DNA of 64,000 nucleotides, from assembly GCA_963702425.1 (NCBI GenBank), contig CAVPCQ010000006.1:1-64000 (forward strand). Reading direction: 5' to 3'. Below the pieces are notes generated by a model. The model did no database searches. It had not been told where the DNA came from and was given only the letters and a program-made list of their open reading frames with translations. The position numbers were made by a program, and so were the translations under genes. This DNA comes from an uncultured Acidobacteriota bacterium (GTDB lineage: Bacteria; Acidobacteriota; Polarisedimenticolia; J045). Below, piece by piece: positions 1-10,866 of this stretch (positions are counted from its first letter, which is position 1; every line of letters starts with the position of its first letter).

Positions 1-2
1 CG

Positions 3-761
3 GAGCCGCGCGAGTTCCGGCGCGGCCCGGAGGAGTACCTCGACCACATCCGCAAGGCCAAGGAGGCCCTCGACGTCCCGATCATCGCCTCGCTCAACGG
101 GCGCTCGCCGGGCGGCTGGACCGAGTATTCGAAGAAGTTCGAGCAGGCCGGTGCGGACGCGATCGAGCTGAACATCTACTTCCTTCCAACCGACCCGCAC
201 CAGCCGCTGTCCGAGATCGAGGGGATCTACGGCGACGTGGTGCTGGACGTCAAGAAGGAGGTGAAGATCCCGGTCGCGGTGAAGATGCACCCTTACTTCA
301 CCTCGATCCCCTTCACGGCGCGCGACCTGGTCGAGAAGGGAGCGGACGGCCTGGCCCTTTTCAACCGCTTCTACCAGCCCGACATCGACCCCGAGAACCT
401 CGAGGTCTTCCCGAACCTGCAGCTCTCGACCCCCTGGGATTCGCGGCTCGCCACGCGCTGGCTGGCGATCCTCTACGGCCGGGTGCGGGCCGACCTGGCG
501 GCGACCGGCGGTGTGCACAGCGGGCGCGACGCCGTGAAGATGCTGATGGCGGGCGCGTCGGTGGTGCACATGACCTCGGCCCTGCTGAAGTACGGCGTTT
601 ATCACCTGAAGCGGGTCGAGGAGGAGCTGCGGACCTGGATGGAGGAGAACGAGTACGCGTCGGTGAAACAACTGGTTGGGACGATGAGCCAGAAGTCTTC
701 TCCCGATCCGGCGGCGTTCGAGCGGGCGAACTACATCAAGGTCCTGCAGTCCTACAAGTAG
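3..761 (+). CDS. Dihydroorotate dehydrogenase-like flavoprotein (5' end outside window)
   Basis: Frame open from window start: PIIASLNG, GADAIELNIY, IPVAVK, LFNRFYQPDID, ATGGVH, FERANY are typical of the DHOD-like FMN TIM-barrel family. Confidence 0.85.
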   Translation, partial: EPREFRRGPEEYLDHIRKAKEALDVPIIASLNGRSPGGWTEYSKKFEQAGADAIELNIYFLPTDPHQPLSEIEGIYGDVVLDVKKEVKIPVAVKMHPYFTSIPFTARDLVEKGADGLALFNRFYQPDIDPENLEVFPNLQLSTPWDSRLATRWLAILYGRVRADLAATGGVHSGRDAVKMLMAGASVVHMTSALLKYGVYHLKRVEEELRTWMEENEYASVKQLVGTMSQKSSPDPAAFERANYIKVLQSYK

Positions 762-789
762 CTTTCCGGGGTTCGTTCCTCGAGCGGGC

Positions 790-830
790 GCGCTGCAGCC
801 GACGGGCGCTGTGCGCCCGCGGCTGAGCGC
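790..830. other. attC-like imperfect hairpin (degenerate)
   Basis: GCGCT[G]CAGCCG[A]CGGGCGC-TGT-GCGCCCG-CGGCTG-AGCGC: two unpaired bases placed as in integron attC L boxes; AAC/GTT ends absent. Confidence 0.4.
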
Positions 831-922
831 TCCGGGGCGGCTACCGAAGCTGCCGGTTCGCGACGTGGGTGAGATGCTGTCCTGGCCGCGCGCGCGTCGC
901 GCGTGCCTTCCCGGGTGAGTTC

Positions 923-1312
923 ATGAATCGTCCGCTGGCCTTCGTTGCTTGCCTGTTCGGGTTCACCGCCGTGGTGGCGGGGGCGTTCGGGGCGCATGCG
1001 CTGAAGGACGCGATACCGGCCGATCTGCTGGCGGTCTTCGAGACGGGGGCGCGCTACCAGATGGCCCACGCCGTGGCGCTGCTGTTCGTGGCGATTGCCG
1101 GTGAGGCGCGCGGCGCCCGGGTGGCGCGGGTCGCCGGGTGGCTCTTCGTCGCCGGGATGGTCGTGTTCTCGGGGAGTCTCTATCTGCTCGCACTGACCGG
1201 TGTTCGCGCCTGGGGCGCGGTGACGCCGCTCGGCGGGGTGGCGTTCCTGGCGGGATGGGCGCTCCTGGCGTGGGCGGTGGCGGGGCCGGCGAGGCGTCCG
1301 CCCGGGTCGTAG
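923..1312 (+). CDS. DUF423 (YgdD/TMEM256) membrane protein
   Basis: GAFGAHAL, FETGARYQMAHA, FSGSLY, GAVTPLGG motifs; four hydrophobic segments. Confidence 0.9.
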   Translation: MNRPLAFVACLFGFTAVVAGAFGAHALKDAIPADLLAVFETGARYQMAHAVALLFVAIAGEARGARVARVAGWLFVAGMVVFSGSLYLLALTGVRAWGAVTPLGGVAFLAGWALLAWAVAGPARRPPGS

Positions 1313-1332
1313 CCCCGGCGGGACGGCGTCGA

Positions 1333-1362
1333 TTGACCCTCTCGCGGGGCGGGTGCTAACCT
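1333..1362 (+). promoter_or_regulatory. sigma70-type promoter upstream of recN
   Basis: TTGACC-18 nt-TAACCT with extended TG. Confidence 0.6.
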
Positions 1363-1424
1363 CAACCTTACCGGTTCCTAAGACGACGATCGCTCCGCTC
1401 GTTGGCCCAACGAGGAAGGGTGCC

Positions 1425-3125
1425 ATGCTGCGTCAGGTGCGCATCGAGAACCTGGTTCTCGCCCGCGAGCTGCTGCTCGAGTTCGACCCCGGGCTGAATC
1501 TGATCACCGGCGAGACCGGGGCCGGCAAGTCGCTCATCGTCGGCGCCATCGCTCTCGCGCTCGGGGGGCGCGGCGAGGCGGCGATGGTGCGCCAGGGCGA
1601 GGAGCGCGCGATCGTCGAGGCGCTCTTCGACGTCAAGGAGCGGCCCGACCTCCAGCACCGGCTCTCCCGAGCCGGCTATGACGTCAAGGGGAACGAGATT
1701 CTGGTCCGGCGCGAGGTCGGTGCCGACGGCCGGTCGCGCGGCTTCCTCAATGGCGCCTCCGTGACGATCGCCCTGCTGAAGGACCTGCTCGCCGGACTGA
1801 TCGAGATGCACGGCCAGCATGAGCCGCAGACCCTGTTCCAGCCGGAGCTCCACCGCGCGATCCTCGACCGCTTCGGCGGCCACGAAGAACTGCTGGCCGA
1901 GGTCCGGCGGGAGTCGACCGCGATCCGCGAGATCGACCAGAAGCTCGGCGAGCTGGCCGACCGCGCTGCGCAGCGCCAGGCGCGCATCGAGCTGGTGAAC
2001 TTCCGCCTCGCCGAGTTCGACGCCGTGCGGCCGCTGGCCGGCGAGGAGCAGAAGCTGCGGGCCGAGCGCGAGCGGCTGCGCCACGCCGAGTCGCTCGGCG
2101 AGGCCCTGCGCGCGGCATTCGAGCTGCTCTACGAAGGGGAGGGGGCGGCGGTCGATCGGGTCCACGCCGCGGCGCGTCGGCTGCGGCCGCAGGGGACCGT
2201 CGACCCGTTGTATACCGACCTCGCCGACCGGCTCGACGACGTCCGCTCGCAGCTCGACGACGTCGCGGCCGACATCCGGAGTCAGATCGACGAAGCCAGC
2301 GCCGATCCCGGGCGCCTCGAGCAGCTCGAGGAGCGGTTGGTCGCGCTCGAGCGGCTGCGGCGCCGGTTCGAGGGCGGTTCGCTGGAGGACATCATCAGCG
2401 GGGCCGAGGCGATGCGCCGCGAACTGGCGGAACTGCTCGGCCAGGGCGACTCGGTGGAGCAGCTGGTCCGGGAGCGCGAGGTCCGAGTGGGCGTCTACGC
2501 CGCCGCGGCCGGCACGCTGTCCGCCGCCCGGCGCGACGCGGCGGAGCGGCTCGCGGCCTCGACCGGCCGGTTGATGCGCGACCTGATGATGCCGAGCGCG
2601 AAGCTGGAGGTGGAGTTCCAGCCCGGCCGGGTCGAGGAGCTGGCCGGATCGCCGGCAGGCGCCGAGGGGACCGAACAGGTCGAGTTCCTGCTCGCCGCCA
2701 ACCCGGGCGAGCCGGCGCGTCCGTTGCGAAAGGTGGCGTCGGGCGGCGAGCTGTCGCGCGTGATGCTGGCGCTCGATCTGTCGCTGGAACGGGGTCTGCC
2801 GCGCCGCACGCTCCTGTTCGACGAGGTCGACCAGGGGATCGGCGGCGAGGCGGCCGACGTGCTGGCGGAGTTCCTCTCCAAGGTCGCGCAACGCCACCAG
2901 GTGATCTGCATCACGCACCTGCCGTCGATCGCGGCGCGGGCCGAGCGCCACGTCGCGGTGACGAAGAAGCTCAAGGCCGGGCGGACCCACGTCGTCGTGA
3001 AGGTGCTCGACGACGGCGACGACCGGGTGGAGGAAGTTGCACGCATGCTTGGCGGCACGATGGTGACCGATACCGCCCGGCGCCACGCCGAGGCGATGAT
3101 CAAGGCCTCCCGGGGGGAGGCGTGA
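1425..3125 (+). CDS. recN: DNA repair protein RecN
   Basis: Walker A GETGAGKS, HGQH, coiled coil, NPGEP..L.KVASGGELSR, FDEVD, CITHLP; GAGGAAGG RBS before ATG 1425. Confidence 0.95.
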   Translation: MLRQVRIENLVLARELLLEFDPGLNLITGETGAGKSLIVGAIALALGGRGEAAMVRQGEERAIVEALFDVKERPDLQHRLSRAGYDVKGNEILVRREVGADGRSRGFLNGASVTIALLKDLLAGLIEMHGQHEPQTLFQPELHRAILDRFGGHEELLAEVRRESTAIREIDQKLGELADRAAQRQARIELVNFRLAEFDAVRPLAGEEQKLRAERERLRHAESLGEALRAAFELLYEGEGAAVDRVHAAARRLRPQGTVDPLYTDLADRLDDVRSQLDDVAADIRSQIDEASADPGRLEQLEERLVALERLRRRFEGGSLEDIISGAEAMRRELAELLGQGDSVEQLVREREVRVGVYAAAAGTLSAARRDAAERLAASTGRLMRDLMMPSAKLEVEFQPGRVEELAGSPAGAEGTEQVEFLLAANPGEPARPLRKVASGGELSRVMLALDLSLERGLPRRTLLFDEVDQGIGGEAADVLAEFLSKVAQRHQVICITHLPSIAARAERHVAVTKKLKAGRTHVVVKVLDDGDDRVEEVARMLGGTMVTDTARRHAEAMIKASRGEA

Positions 3126-3640
3126 GCCCGCGCGAGGTGCGGGCGATCTATCCCGGGACGTTCGACCCGGTGACGCACGGGCACCTCGACCTCGTGCGCC
3201 GCGCCGCGGGGATGTGCAGCGAGCTCGTGGTCGCGGTACTGCGTAACACGGAGAAGGCGCCGCTGTTCGACGCCGACGACCGCCGCACGATGTTCGAGGA
3301 GTCGCTGGCGAGCGCGGGGCCTCCCGGCATCCGGGTCGTGGCCTTCGAGGGCCTGCTGGCGGACTACGCGCGGGCCGAGCGCGCCACGTTCGTCGTGCGC
3401 GGCCTGCGGGCGATCTCGGACTTCGAGTACGAGTTGCAGATGGCGCTGATGAACCGCCGCCTCGACCCCGGCCTCGAGACGGTGTTCCTGACCCCGGGCG
3501 AGGATGTCTCGTTCATCTCGTCGCGGCTCGTGCGGGAGATCGCGCGGCTGGGAGGCGACGTCTCGCGCCTGGTGCCGGCCCCGGCGCTCGACCGGCTCGA
3601 GCGCCTGTTCGGGCCCGGGGTGCGCGGAGGGCGGCGATGA
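3122..3640 (+). CDS. coaD: Phosphopantetheine adenylyltransferase
   Basis: YPGTFDPVTHGH, RGLRAISDFEYE, ISSRLVREIA. Confidence 0.97.
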   Translation: MSPREVRAIYPGTFDPVTHGHLDLVRRAAGMCSELVVAVLRNTEKAPLFDADDRRTMFEESLASAGPPGIRVVAFEGLLADYARAERATFVVRGLRAISDFEYELQMALMNRRLDPGLETVFLTPGEDVSFISSRLVREIARLGGDVSRLVPAPALDRLERLFGPGVRGGRR

Positions 3641-4410
3641 GCGGCGGATCGAAGGCGGGGGCGTGGGCCGCGATCGGGCTGGTGCTGGCGATCGGAGCCG
3701 CCGACGCGGCCACCCCGGGTCGACGCGAGCTGACCAAGGCAGAGAGGCTCTACCAGGCAGGCCTCGAGAAGGAGAAGCAGGGGGACGTGCAGGGCGCTCA
3801 GGCCGATTTCCTGGGAGCGCTCGAGGCCTACCCGAACTACGGGCTGGCCCAGCTCGAGATCGGGAAGCTGCTGCTGGCCGAGAAGAAGTTCCCGGAGGCC
3901 GTCGCGGCCCTCAAGCAGGCGGAGGTACTCTTCAAGAAGACGGCCGACGAGCGGCACAAGGCGGCCATGAAGAACTACCAGGACGCGCAGCGCGAGATCG
4001 TGGCGCAGCAGGAGCAGATCCGCGCGCTGCAGAACCCCGGTTCGATCACCAACAAGATGAACGAGACGCAGGTCACGACCGACATCAACAGCCGCCAGGA
4101 CCGGATCAAGCAGCTGCAGGCGATTCCCTCGCCGTCGGAGGGAGACTTCCAGAAGGCGCCGGGAGACCTTTACTTCTACCTGGGCAACGCCTACCTCCGC
4201 GAGGATCGGCTGGACGAGGCGCTGGAAGCCTGGGAGGCCTGCCGGAACCTGTTGCCGAACTTCCCGGCCGTATACAACAACCTCGCCTTCGCCTACTGGA
4301 AGCGCGGCCGGATCGACGAGGCCCGGACGGCGCTGGCCAAGGCGGAGGAACTCGGCGCACCCGTGAACCCGGAGTTCAAGGCCAAGCTGGAGCAGGCGGC
4401 CGGCCGCTGA
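3637..4410 (+). CDS. Secreted TPR-repeat protein with internal coiled coil
   Basis: Signal peptide ending in AxA; TPR-like helices (LYFYLGNAY, VYNNLAFAY); Gln-rich helical insert. Confidence 0.75.
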   Translation: MSGGSKAGAWAAIGLVLAIGAADAATPGRRELTKAERLYQAGLEKEKQGDVQGAQADFLGALEAYPNYGLAQLEIGKLLLAEKKFPEAVAALKQAEVLFKKTADERHKAAMKNYQDAQREIVAQQEQIRALQNPGSITNKMNETQVTTDINSRQDRIKQLQAIPSPSEGDFQKAPGDLYFYLGNAYLREDRLDEALEAWEACRNLLPNFPAVYNNLAFAYWKRGRIDEARTALAKAEELGAPVNPEFKAKLEQAAGR

Positions 4411-4446
4411 GCCGCACCCCGACCGGCACGGGGATACAATGAGTCG

Positions 4447-5778
4447 ATGAGATTCTCCTGCCTCCGGCTCCTCGTCGCGCTGGCCCTGGCCGGTGCCGTG
4501 TCCACCGCCCTCGCTGCTCCCGTGGTCCGAGTCCACCGTCACGACGGTGTGATCCACGGCGTTTCGGCCGACATCCTCGAGCGGGTGCTGGCGGACGCCG
4601 CGCGCAACGGCGACACGCTCGTGCTCTTCGAGCTGGATACCCCCGGCGGGCTGGTCGACGCCGCCGAGCGGATGGTTCAGCAGCTCCTGAACAGCAAGGT
4701 CCCGGTGGTGGTCTTCGTCGCGCCGAAGGGGGCGCACGCCGCGTCGGCCGGGTTCTTCCTCCTGCTCGCCGGGGATGTCGCGGCGATGGCGCCCTTCACC
4801 CGCACGGGCGCCGCCCACCCGATCACCGCGGGAGGCGAGAACCGGGAAGGCGATATCGCCCTGAAGAAGTCCGCGGAGGACCTGTCGGCGCTCATCCGGA
4901 CCACGGCCCGGGCCCACGGCCGCCCGCCGGAACTGGCGGAGAAGGCGGTGAGGGACGCGGTCTCCTGGTCGGCCGAAGAGGCGCTCGAAGCCCGGCTGAT
5001 CGACCTCGTCGTGGCCGACCGGGAGGCGCTGGTGCGGCAGCTCGACGGGCGGGAGATCGTGCGGCCCGACGGGACGCGCGTCACCCTCGACCTGGCCGGC
5101 GCCACGCTGCAGGACCAGGAGCTGGACTGGGTCGAGCGGATGAAGAGCGTCGTGCTGCACCCGGTCGTGATGGCGCTCCTGCTGTCCATCGCGGCGCTGG
5201 GGATCTACATCGAGTTCACGCACCCGGGGCTGATCCTGCCCGGGGCGGTGGGAGCGGTCGCGCTGCTGGTGTTCCTCTACGGCTCGCGGGTGCTGCCGGT
5301 CAACTACCTGGCCGCGGCGCTGGTCGCGGCCGGAATCGTCTTCTTCATCCTCGAGATCAAGGTGACCTCCTACGGCATGCTCGGCGTCGCCGGAACGGCC
5401 ACGATCGCGCTCGGGCTGTGGCTGCTCTTCCCCGGCACGGTCCCGGGGCTGAGGCTGCCGCTGTCGATGCTCGTGCCGATCGTGTTGTTCATGGCGGCGG
5501 TGCTCGGCGGCGTGGCGCTCGTCGTCTCGCGGGCGATGCGCCGGCGTCCGACCACCGGGCGCGAGGGGATCATCGGGTCGATCGGCCGCGCGACCGAGCC
5601 GGTCGCTCCCGAAGGCTGGGTTTTCGTCTGGGGCGAGCGCTGGCGCGCCCGCAGCCCGCGGCCGATCGCGGCCGGCCAGGCGATTCGGGTCACGGGCTCG
5701 GAGGGGTTGGTTCTCCTCGTGGAGCCGGCGCCGGACGGCGCGAAGGCCCCCGAGGACGACAGGGAGGCACCGTCATGA
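4447..5778 (+). CDS. NfeD-family membrane-bound serine protease (long form)
   Basis: LDTPGGL, AASAG, GAAHP ClpP-like domain; TM block; C-terminal OB domain ([10 protein letters not shown]). Confidence 0.92.
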   Translation: MRFSCLRLLVALALAGAVSTALAAPVVRVHRHDGVIHGVSADILERVLADAARNGDTLVLFELDTPGGLVDAAERMVQQLLNSKVPVVVFVAPKGAHAASAGFFLLLAGDVAAMAPFTRTGAAHPITAGGENREGDIALKKSAEDLSALIRTTARAHGRPPELAEKAVRDAVSWSAEEALEARLIDLVVADREALVRQLDGREIVRPDGTRVTLDLAGATLQDQELDWVERMKSVVLHPVVMALLLSIAALGIYIEFTHPGLILPGAVGAVALLVFLYGSRVLPVNYLAAALVAAGIVFFILEIKVTSYGMLGVAGTATIALGLWLLFPGTVPGLRLPLSMLVPIVLFMAAVLGGVALVVSRAMRRRPTTGREGIIGSIGRATEPVAPEGWVFVWGERWRARSPRPIAAGQAIRVTGSEGLVLLVEPAPDGAKAPEDDREAPS

Positions 5779-6551
5779 TTCCAGGGATTTCCGCCGGCGT
5801 CCTGGTCGTCGTCGTCTTCGTCATCTTCCTGTTCACCCAGGCCGTCAAGATCCTGCCGGAGTACGAGCGGGGCGTCGTCTTCCGGCTCGGCAAGCTGCAG
5901 CCGCACGACTACGGCCCGGGACTCGTGCTGATCATCCCCTTCGTCGACCGGATGATCCGCGTCTCGCTCCGGACCGTCGTGCTCGACGTTCCGCCGCAGG
6001 ACGTGATCACGCGCGACAACGTCTCGGTCAAGGTCAACGCGGTGATCTACTTCCGCGTCTTCGAGCCGCGCAAGGCGATCGTCGAGGTCGAGAACTACAT
6101 CTACGCGACCAGCCAGCTGGCCCAGACCACGTTGCGCTCCGTGCTGGGCCAGGTCGAGCTCGACGGGCTGCTGGCGTCGCGCGAGCAGCTCAACCACCAG
6201 CTCCAGTCGATCCTCGATGCCCACACCGACCCCTGGGGGATCAAGATCTCGGCGGTCGAGGTCAAGCACGTCGACCTGCCCGAGGAGATGCGCCGGGCGA
6301 TGGCCAAGCAGGCCGAGGCCGAGCGCGAGAAGCGGGCCAAGATCATCCACGCCTCCGGCGAGTTCCAGGCGGCGCGCGAGCTGCGCGAGGCGGCCGACGT
6401 GCTGGCGGAGGCCCCGATGGCGCTCACGCTGCGCTACCTGCAGACGCTGACCGAGATCGCGACCGAGAAGAACTCGACGATCATCTTCCCGCTGCCGATC
6501 GACCTGCTCTCGCTCTACCTGAACCGCTCGGGGCGCGCCGCGGCTCCATGA
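5775..6551 (+). CDS. Stomatin/SPFH (slipin) protein
   Basis: [50 protein letters not shown]; classic partner of nfeD. Confidence 0.95.
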   Translation: MIPGISAGVLVVVVFVIFLFTQAVKILPEYERGVVFRLGKLQPHDYGPGLVLIIPFVDRMIRVSLRTVVLDVPPQDVITRDNVSVKVNAVIYFRVFEPRKAIVEVENYIYATSQLAQTTLRSVLGQVELDGLLASREQLNHQLQSILDAHTDPWGIKISAVEVKHVDLPEEMRRAMAKQAEAEREKRAKIIHASGEFQAARELREAADVLAEAPMALTLRYLQTLTEIATEKNSTIIFPLPIDLLSLYLNRSGRAAAP

Positions 6552-7579
6552 CGACGGCCCCGCACCCCCGCGGCGCGATCCTCGACGCCGCCCTGGCGGC
6601 GACGCGGAAGCTCGACCGCGAGGGCTGCTTCTCCGCGGTCGCCGAGCACTCGCTCCGTCTCTTCGGGGGGCTGTTCGCGCTCGGCTTCGTGCTCGGTCCG
6701 GGGGGCGAGGACTACGAATGCTGCGCGGCCGCCGGACTGGTCCCGGCGGAGCGGATCCGCAGCGCGCTCGCGATCCTCGACGCGGGGCTGGTGCGCCGGC
6801 TCGCGGGGGGCGGGCCGGCGCTGATCGACGACGCCGAGATCCTCCTGCCGACCGGCGAGCAGGAAGGCCTGCCGTCCCTCGGCGCGGCGCTCGTCGTGCC
6901 GCTGGCCTCGGCGACGGGCGCGGCGGGCCTGCTCGTCACGATCGCCGCGCGCGGAGAGCTGCTCGCCGCCGAGGCGCCGCGGGTCGCAGCCGAGCTGGCG
7001 CGCGAGCTGGGCCCGGCCCTCGAGAACCTGCGCACCGTGGAGGCGCTGCGCGATCTCGCGATCCGCGACGACACCGCCGACTGCTTCAATCGCCGCCATC
7101 TCGACCAGTCGCTGGACGACGAGGTGGAGCGTTGCCGGCGGTTCGGCGGCGGGTTCGCGCTGATCTTCCTCGACATGGACAACCTCAAGGACGTGAACAC
7201 GACCCACGGCCACGCCGCCGGCTCGCGCGTGCTCTACGAAGCATCGGTGCGGATGGCGCGCTCGATCCGGAGCATCGACCGGCTCTACCGCTACGGCGGC
7301 GACGAGTTCGTGATGATCCTCCCCGGGACCAGCCTCGAGGGGGCCCGGGAGGTGGCGGACCGGATCCGGCGCGAGCTCTCCCGCGCCCCCTACGAGGTGA
7401 CCCCGGGCGGGTCGGTGCGGCTCAGCGCCTCGGCCGGCGTCGCGGCCTGGCCCGATCACGGACCGAGCGCCCGCAGCGTGATCGAGGCCGGGGACGGTGC
7501 GATGCGCCTCGTGAAGGACGCCGGGAAGGACGGCGTCGGGGTGGCGCGGCGGGGCGGGTCCTCGGAGGACCGGGGATGA
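6548..7579 (+). CDS. Diguanylate cyclase, GAF-like plus GGDEF
   Basis: [22 protein letters not shown], with RSID inhibitory site five residues upstream. Confidence 0.9.
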   Translation: MTTAPHPRGAILDAALAATRKLDREGCFSAVAEHSLRLFGGLFALGFVLGPGGEDYECCAAAGLVPAERIRSALAILDAGLVRRLAGGGPALIDDAEILLPTGEQEGLPSLGAALVVPLASATGAAGLLVTIAARGELLAAEAPRVAAELARELGPALENLRTVEALRDLAIRDDTADCFNRRHLDQSLDDEVERCRRFGGGFALIFLDMDNLKDVNTTHGHAAGSRVLYEASVRMARSIRSIDRLYRYGGDEFVMILPGTSLEGAREVADRIRRELSRAPYEVTPGGSVRLSASAGVAAWPDHGPSARSVIEAGDGAMRLVKDAGKDGVGVARRGGSSEDRG

Positions 7580-8104
7580 CGCGGCGCGAGGGGCCCCGCG
7601 TGATCGAGTTCGAGCTCAACCTGGCGCAGCGTGGCGCTGGGTGCGGCCGTCCTGCTGGCGCTGCTGGGCGGGGCGTTCCTGCTCGGCCGCAGCTCGGTGC
7701 CGCAAGCCGCGGGGCTCTCCGGCCCCGGCCGGTCCACCTCCCGCGACGGCGGCGGCGCGGCGGGCGGCGGCGTCGAGCAGCTGGGCGCGGCGACCGTGTT
7801 CGACGACGCAGGCGAGGGCGAGAAGAATCGCGCCCCGCAGTTCCAGGTGACGCGCGAGGCGTCGCGCTCGGGGCGCTTCGCGCTCGAGATCGGGCGGGCC
7901 TCGACGCGGGTCGTCGCCGGCCAGCTCGAGGAGGCGGCGCGCAGCGCCGGCGTCCCCGCGGCCGTCGTCGCCGACGGCCGGGGAGGTTACCTCGTCACCG
8001 GCGGGCCCTACACGACGCGCGTCGAAGCCGATCGCGCGGGGGCCCGGCTCGGGAAGCTCCTCGGCCGGGCGGTGACCGTGCACGAGACCGGCACGCGGCC
8101 GTGA
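7576..8104 (+). CDS. Single-TM SPOR-like domain protein (apparent frameshift near 7630)
   Basis: [15 protein letters not shown] continues in another frame into a TM helix and C-terminal YLVTGGPYTTRVEA SPOR-like motif. Confidence 0.6.
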
Positions 8105-9692
8105 GCGTTCCACCGCCCGGGAGGGCCGGTGCGGTCCGCGACCCGCGCCGCCTCGCGCTCGCCGCGCTCGCCGGCCTGCTGGCGGGGCTCGCGTTTCCGC
8201 GCCCCGGGTGGGGACCGCTGATCGTCCCCGGCCTCGCGCTCGTCTTCTTCCTCGCGGCGGGGGCCGGGGGGACTCGCCGTGCGGCCTGGGAGGGGGGCGT
8301 CTTCGGTTTCGTCTCGACCGCGCTCACGCTGCGCTGGTTCGCGACGCCGATCCTGCTCTTCTCGTCGCTCGGAGCCTCGATCGCCTGGACCGCGGTCGTG
8401 CTCTCGGCCCTGACGCTGGGACTGCTCTGGGCGGCGATGGCCGCGTTGATCGACGCCTGGTCCCGGCGCTGGGGCGCGGCCGCGGCGCTGGCGGGGGCGC
8501 CGCTCCTGGTCACCGCCTACGACCTGGTCCGGGAGCGGTTCCCGTTCCCGTTCCCGTGGGGCTCGGCGGCGGCGGCGCTCGTCGACTGGCCGTGGGTGCT
8601 TGGCGCTGGTCGGCGCGGTCGGCGCGGCCGGCGTCTCGTTCCTGCTCTACGCGCTGGCCGCGATCCTGGCCGGCGCGGCGCTCGTGCCGCGCCGGGTCAC
8701 GGTGCGGCGCGGCCTGCTCTGGTTGGGCGCGCTCGCCGCCGCGCTTGGGCATGGCGGTGCTGGAGGCGCCGAGCGGGGCCGGAATGGCCCGCGTCGCGGT
8801 CGTCCAAGCCTCGCTGCCGCGCGACGCGTCGCCGCAGGAGGAGTGGGAGGCCTACCGCAGCCTGACCGAGGAGGCCGCGCGGGCCGGGGCGGAGATCGTC
8901 GTCTGGCCCGAATCCGCGGTCTCGTACACTTTCCGCGACGATGGCGCGTGGGCCGCGCAGCTGGGGGACCTGGCCGCGCGCCACGGGATCGACCTCGTCG
9001 TGGGCGGGCTGACCCGCTCCCCCTCCGGGAAGTACGAGAACAGCTCGGTGCTGGTGCGGGCCGACCGCGGGATGACCGCCAAGGCCCCCAAGCGCGAGCT
9101 GGTGCCGTTCGGCGAGTACATGCCGCTGCGCTGGCTCTTCGGCCGGATCCCCGCGCTGGCCAACGAGGTCGGCGAATTCGAACCGGGAACGAACACCGTG
9201 GTGTTCGAGGGGCGAAGCGCCAGGATTGGCCCCCTGGTCTGCTTCGAGGCGGTCTTTCCGGGGCTGGGGCTCGACTTGGTCCGCGGGCGGGCCCAGCTCC
9301 TGGTCAACCAGACCAACGACAGCTGGTTCGGCACCACAGGCGGGCCGGAGCAGCACCTCGACCACGCGCTGCTGCGCTCGGCCGAGACCGGGCTGCCGAT
9401 GGCCCGCGCCGCGAACAGCGGGATCTCGGCCCTGGTGCATGGCGGCGGCCACGTCGCGGCCCGGCTCGAGACCGGCCAGCGCGGCGTCCTGGTGGCCGAC
9501 CTCGCGTTCTTCGACCAGCCCGCGCCCGGCGCGTCCCGGGGCCGCGCCGTCGCCTGGACCGCGCTGATCTTGACAGCCGGGCTGGCGGCGGGCATCGTCC
9601 CCCGGCGCCGCGCGGCCCCCGCCGCAGCCCGGCACGCCCCGCGAGAGCCCTCCCGATGCGTGACGACCTCCTCCAGCAGTGGCAGATCCTGA
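8101..9692 (+). CDS. lnt: Apolipoprotein N-acyltransferase (apparent frameshifts near 8600 and 8745)
   Basis: N-terminal TM helices, FPFPWG, VWPES, KRELVPFGEYMP, VCFEAVF, TNDSWFG, ANSGIS spread across frames; upstream of prfB as usual. Confidence 0.9.
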
Positions 9693-10751
9693 AGCGCCGC
9701 GTCGAGCCGCTGCGGGGGTACCTTTGACGTCCCGACCCTCGACCGCCGCGTCGCCGAACTCGACGACCAGCTCGCCGACGGGGCGGTCTGGAACGATCCC
9801 GAGCGGGCCGCCGACCTGAACCGCCAGCGCGCCGTCGTCGCCGTGCAGCGCAACCGCGACCGGCGCCTCGAGACGCTGGTCGCCGACGCCGAGACGCTGC
9901 TCGAGCTGGATCGCGAAGGGGAAGGGGTCGACGCGGAGTTCGAAGAGACGCTCTCCCGACTGGAGCCGGCGCTGACGGAGGTCGAGGTCGGGACGATGCT
10001 CTCGGGCCCCGAGGACCACAACAACGCGTTCCTCGAGATCCATCCCGGTGCGGGCGGGGTCGATGCCCAGGACTGGGCCGAGATGCTGCTCCGGATGTAC
10101 GTCTACTGGGCCGAGAAGGGAAGCTACCAGGCGGAGCTGCTCGACCGGCTCGAGGGCGACGGGGCCGGGATCAAGAGCGCCACGCTGCGGATCGTCGGAC
10201 CCGACGCCTACGGCTGGTTGAAGGCCGAGCGCGGCGTCCACCGGCTGGTCCGGATCAGCCCGTTCGATGCCCAGGCGCGGCGCCACACCGCGTTCGCGTC
10301 GGTCGACGTCATCCCCGAGGTCGACGACACGATCAAGATCGACATCCAGGACAAGGACCTGAAGGTCGACACCTACCGGAGCTCCGGCGCGGGGGGGCAG
10401 CACGTCAACGTCACCGACAGCGCCATCCGGATCACCCACCTTCCGACCGGCATCGTGGTCACCTGCCAGGACGAGCGCTCCCAGCCCCGGAACCGGGAAA
10501 AGGCGATGCGCGTCCTCCGGGCGCGGCTCCACGAGCGGGAGCGGCAGAAGCAGGAGGCCGAGCGGCAGGCCAAGGCCGGGGACAAGAAGGACATCGGCTT
10601 CGGCAGCCAGATCCGCTCCTACGTCCTGGCCCCTTACAGAATGGTAAAGGACCACCGGACCGACTACGAGATGGGGGATGTCGACCGGGTCCTGAACGGC
10701 GATCTGACCGGGTTCATGAAGGCCTGGCTGCTCGAGAAGGCCAAGTCCTGA
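9656..10751 (+). CDS. prfB: Peptide chain release factor 2 with programmed +1 frameshift
   Basis: Short ORF ending RGYL then CTT TGA C; +1 frame carries GVHRLVRISPF and GGQ. Confidence 0.97.
9713..9728 (+). promoter_or_regulatory. prfB autoregulatory frameshift site
   Basis: CGGGGG-TAC-CTT-TGA-C: internal SD-like run, slippery CTT-T and weak UGA-C stop. Confidence 0.95.
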
Positions 10752-10791
10752 CCCGCCGGCGGGACGCTCTGCGAACGAATCCAAACGCGAG

Positions 10792-10821
10792 CTTGCATCC
10801 CCGGACGCCGGTCCCTATAAA
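10792..10821 (+). promoter_or_regulatory. Promoter of the hrcA-grpE-dnaK operon
   Basis: TTGCAT-17 nt-TATAAA; also reads as RpoH-like CTTG...CCCTATA. Confidence 0.6.
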
Positions 10822-10866
10822 TCCAGCAGGAGCTTCATCTTCCGACCGAAGCCGGGGGAGAGGCGT

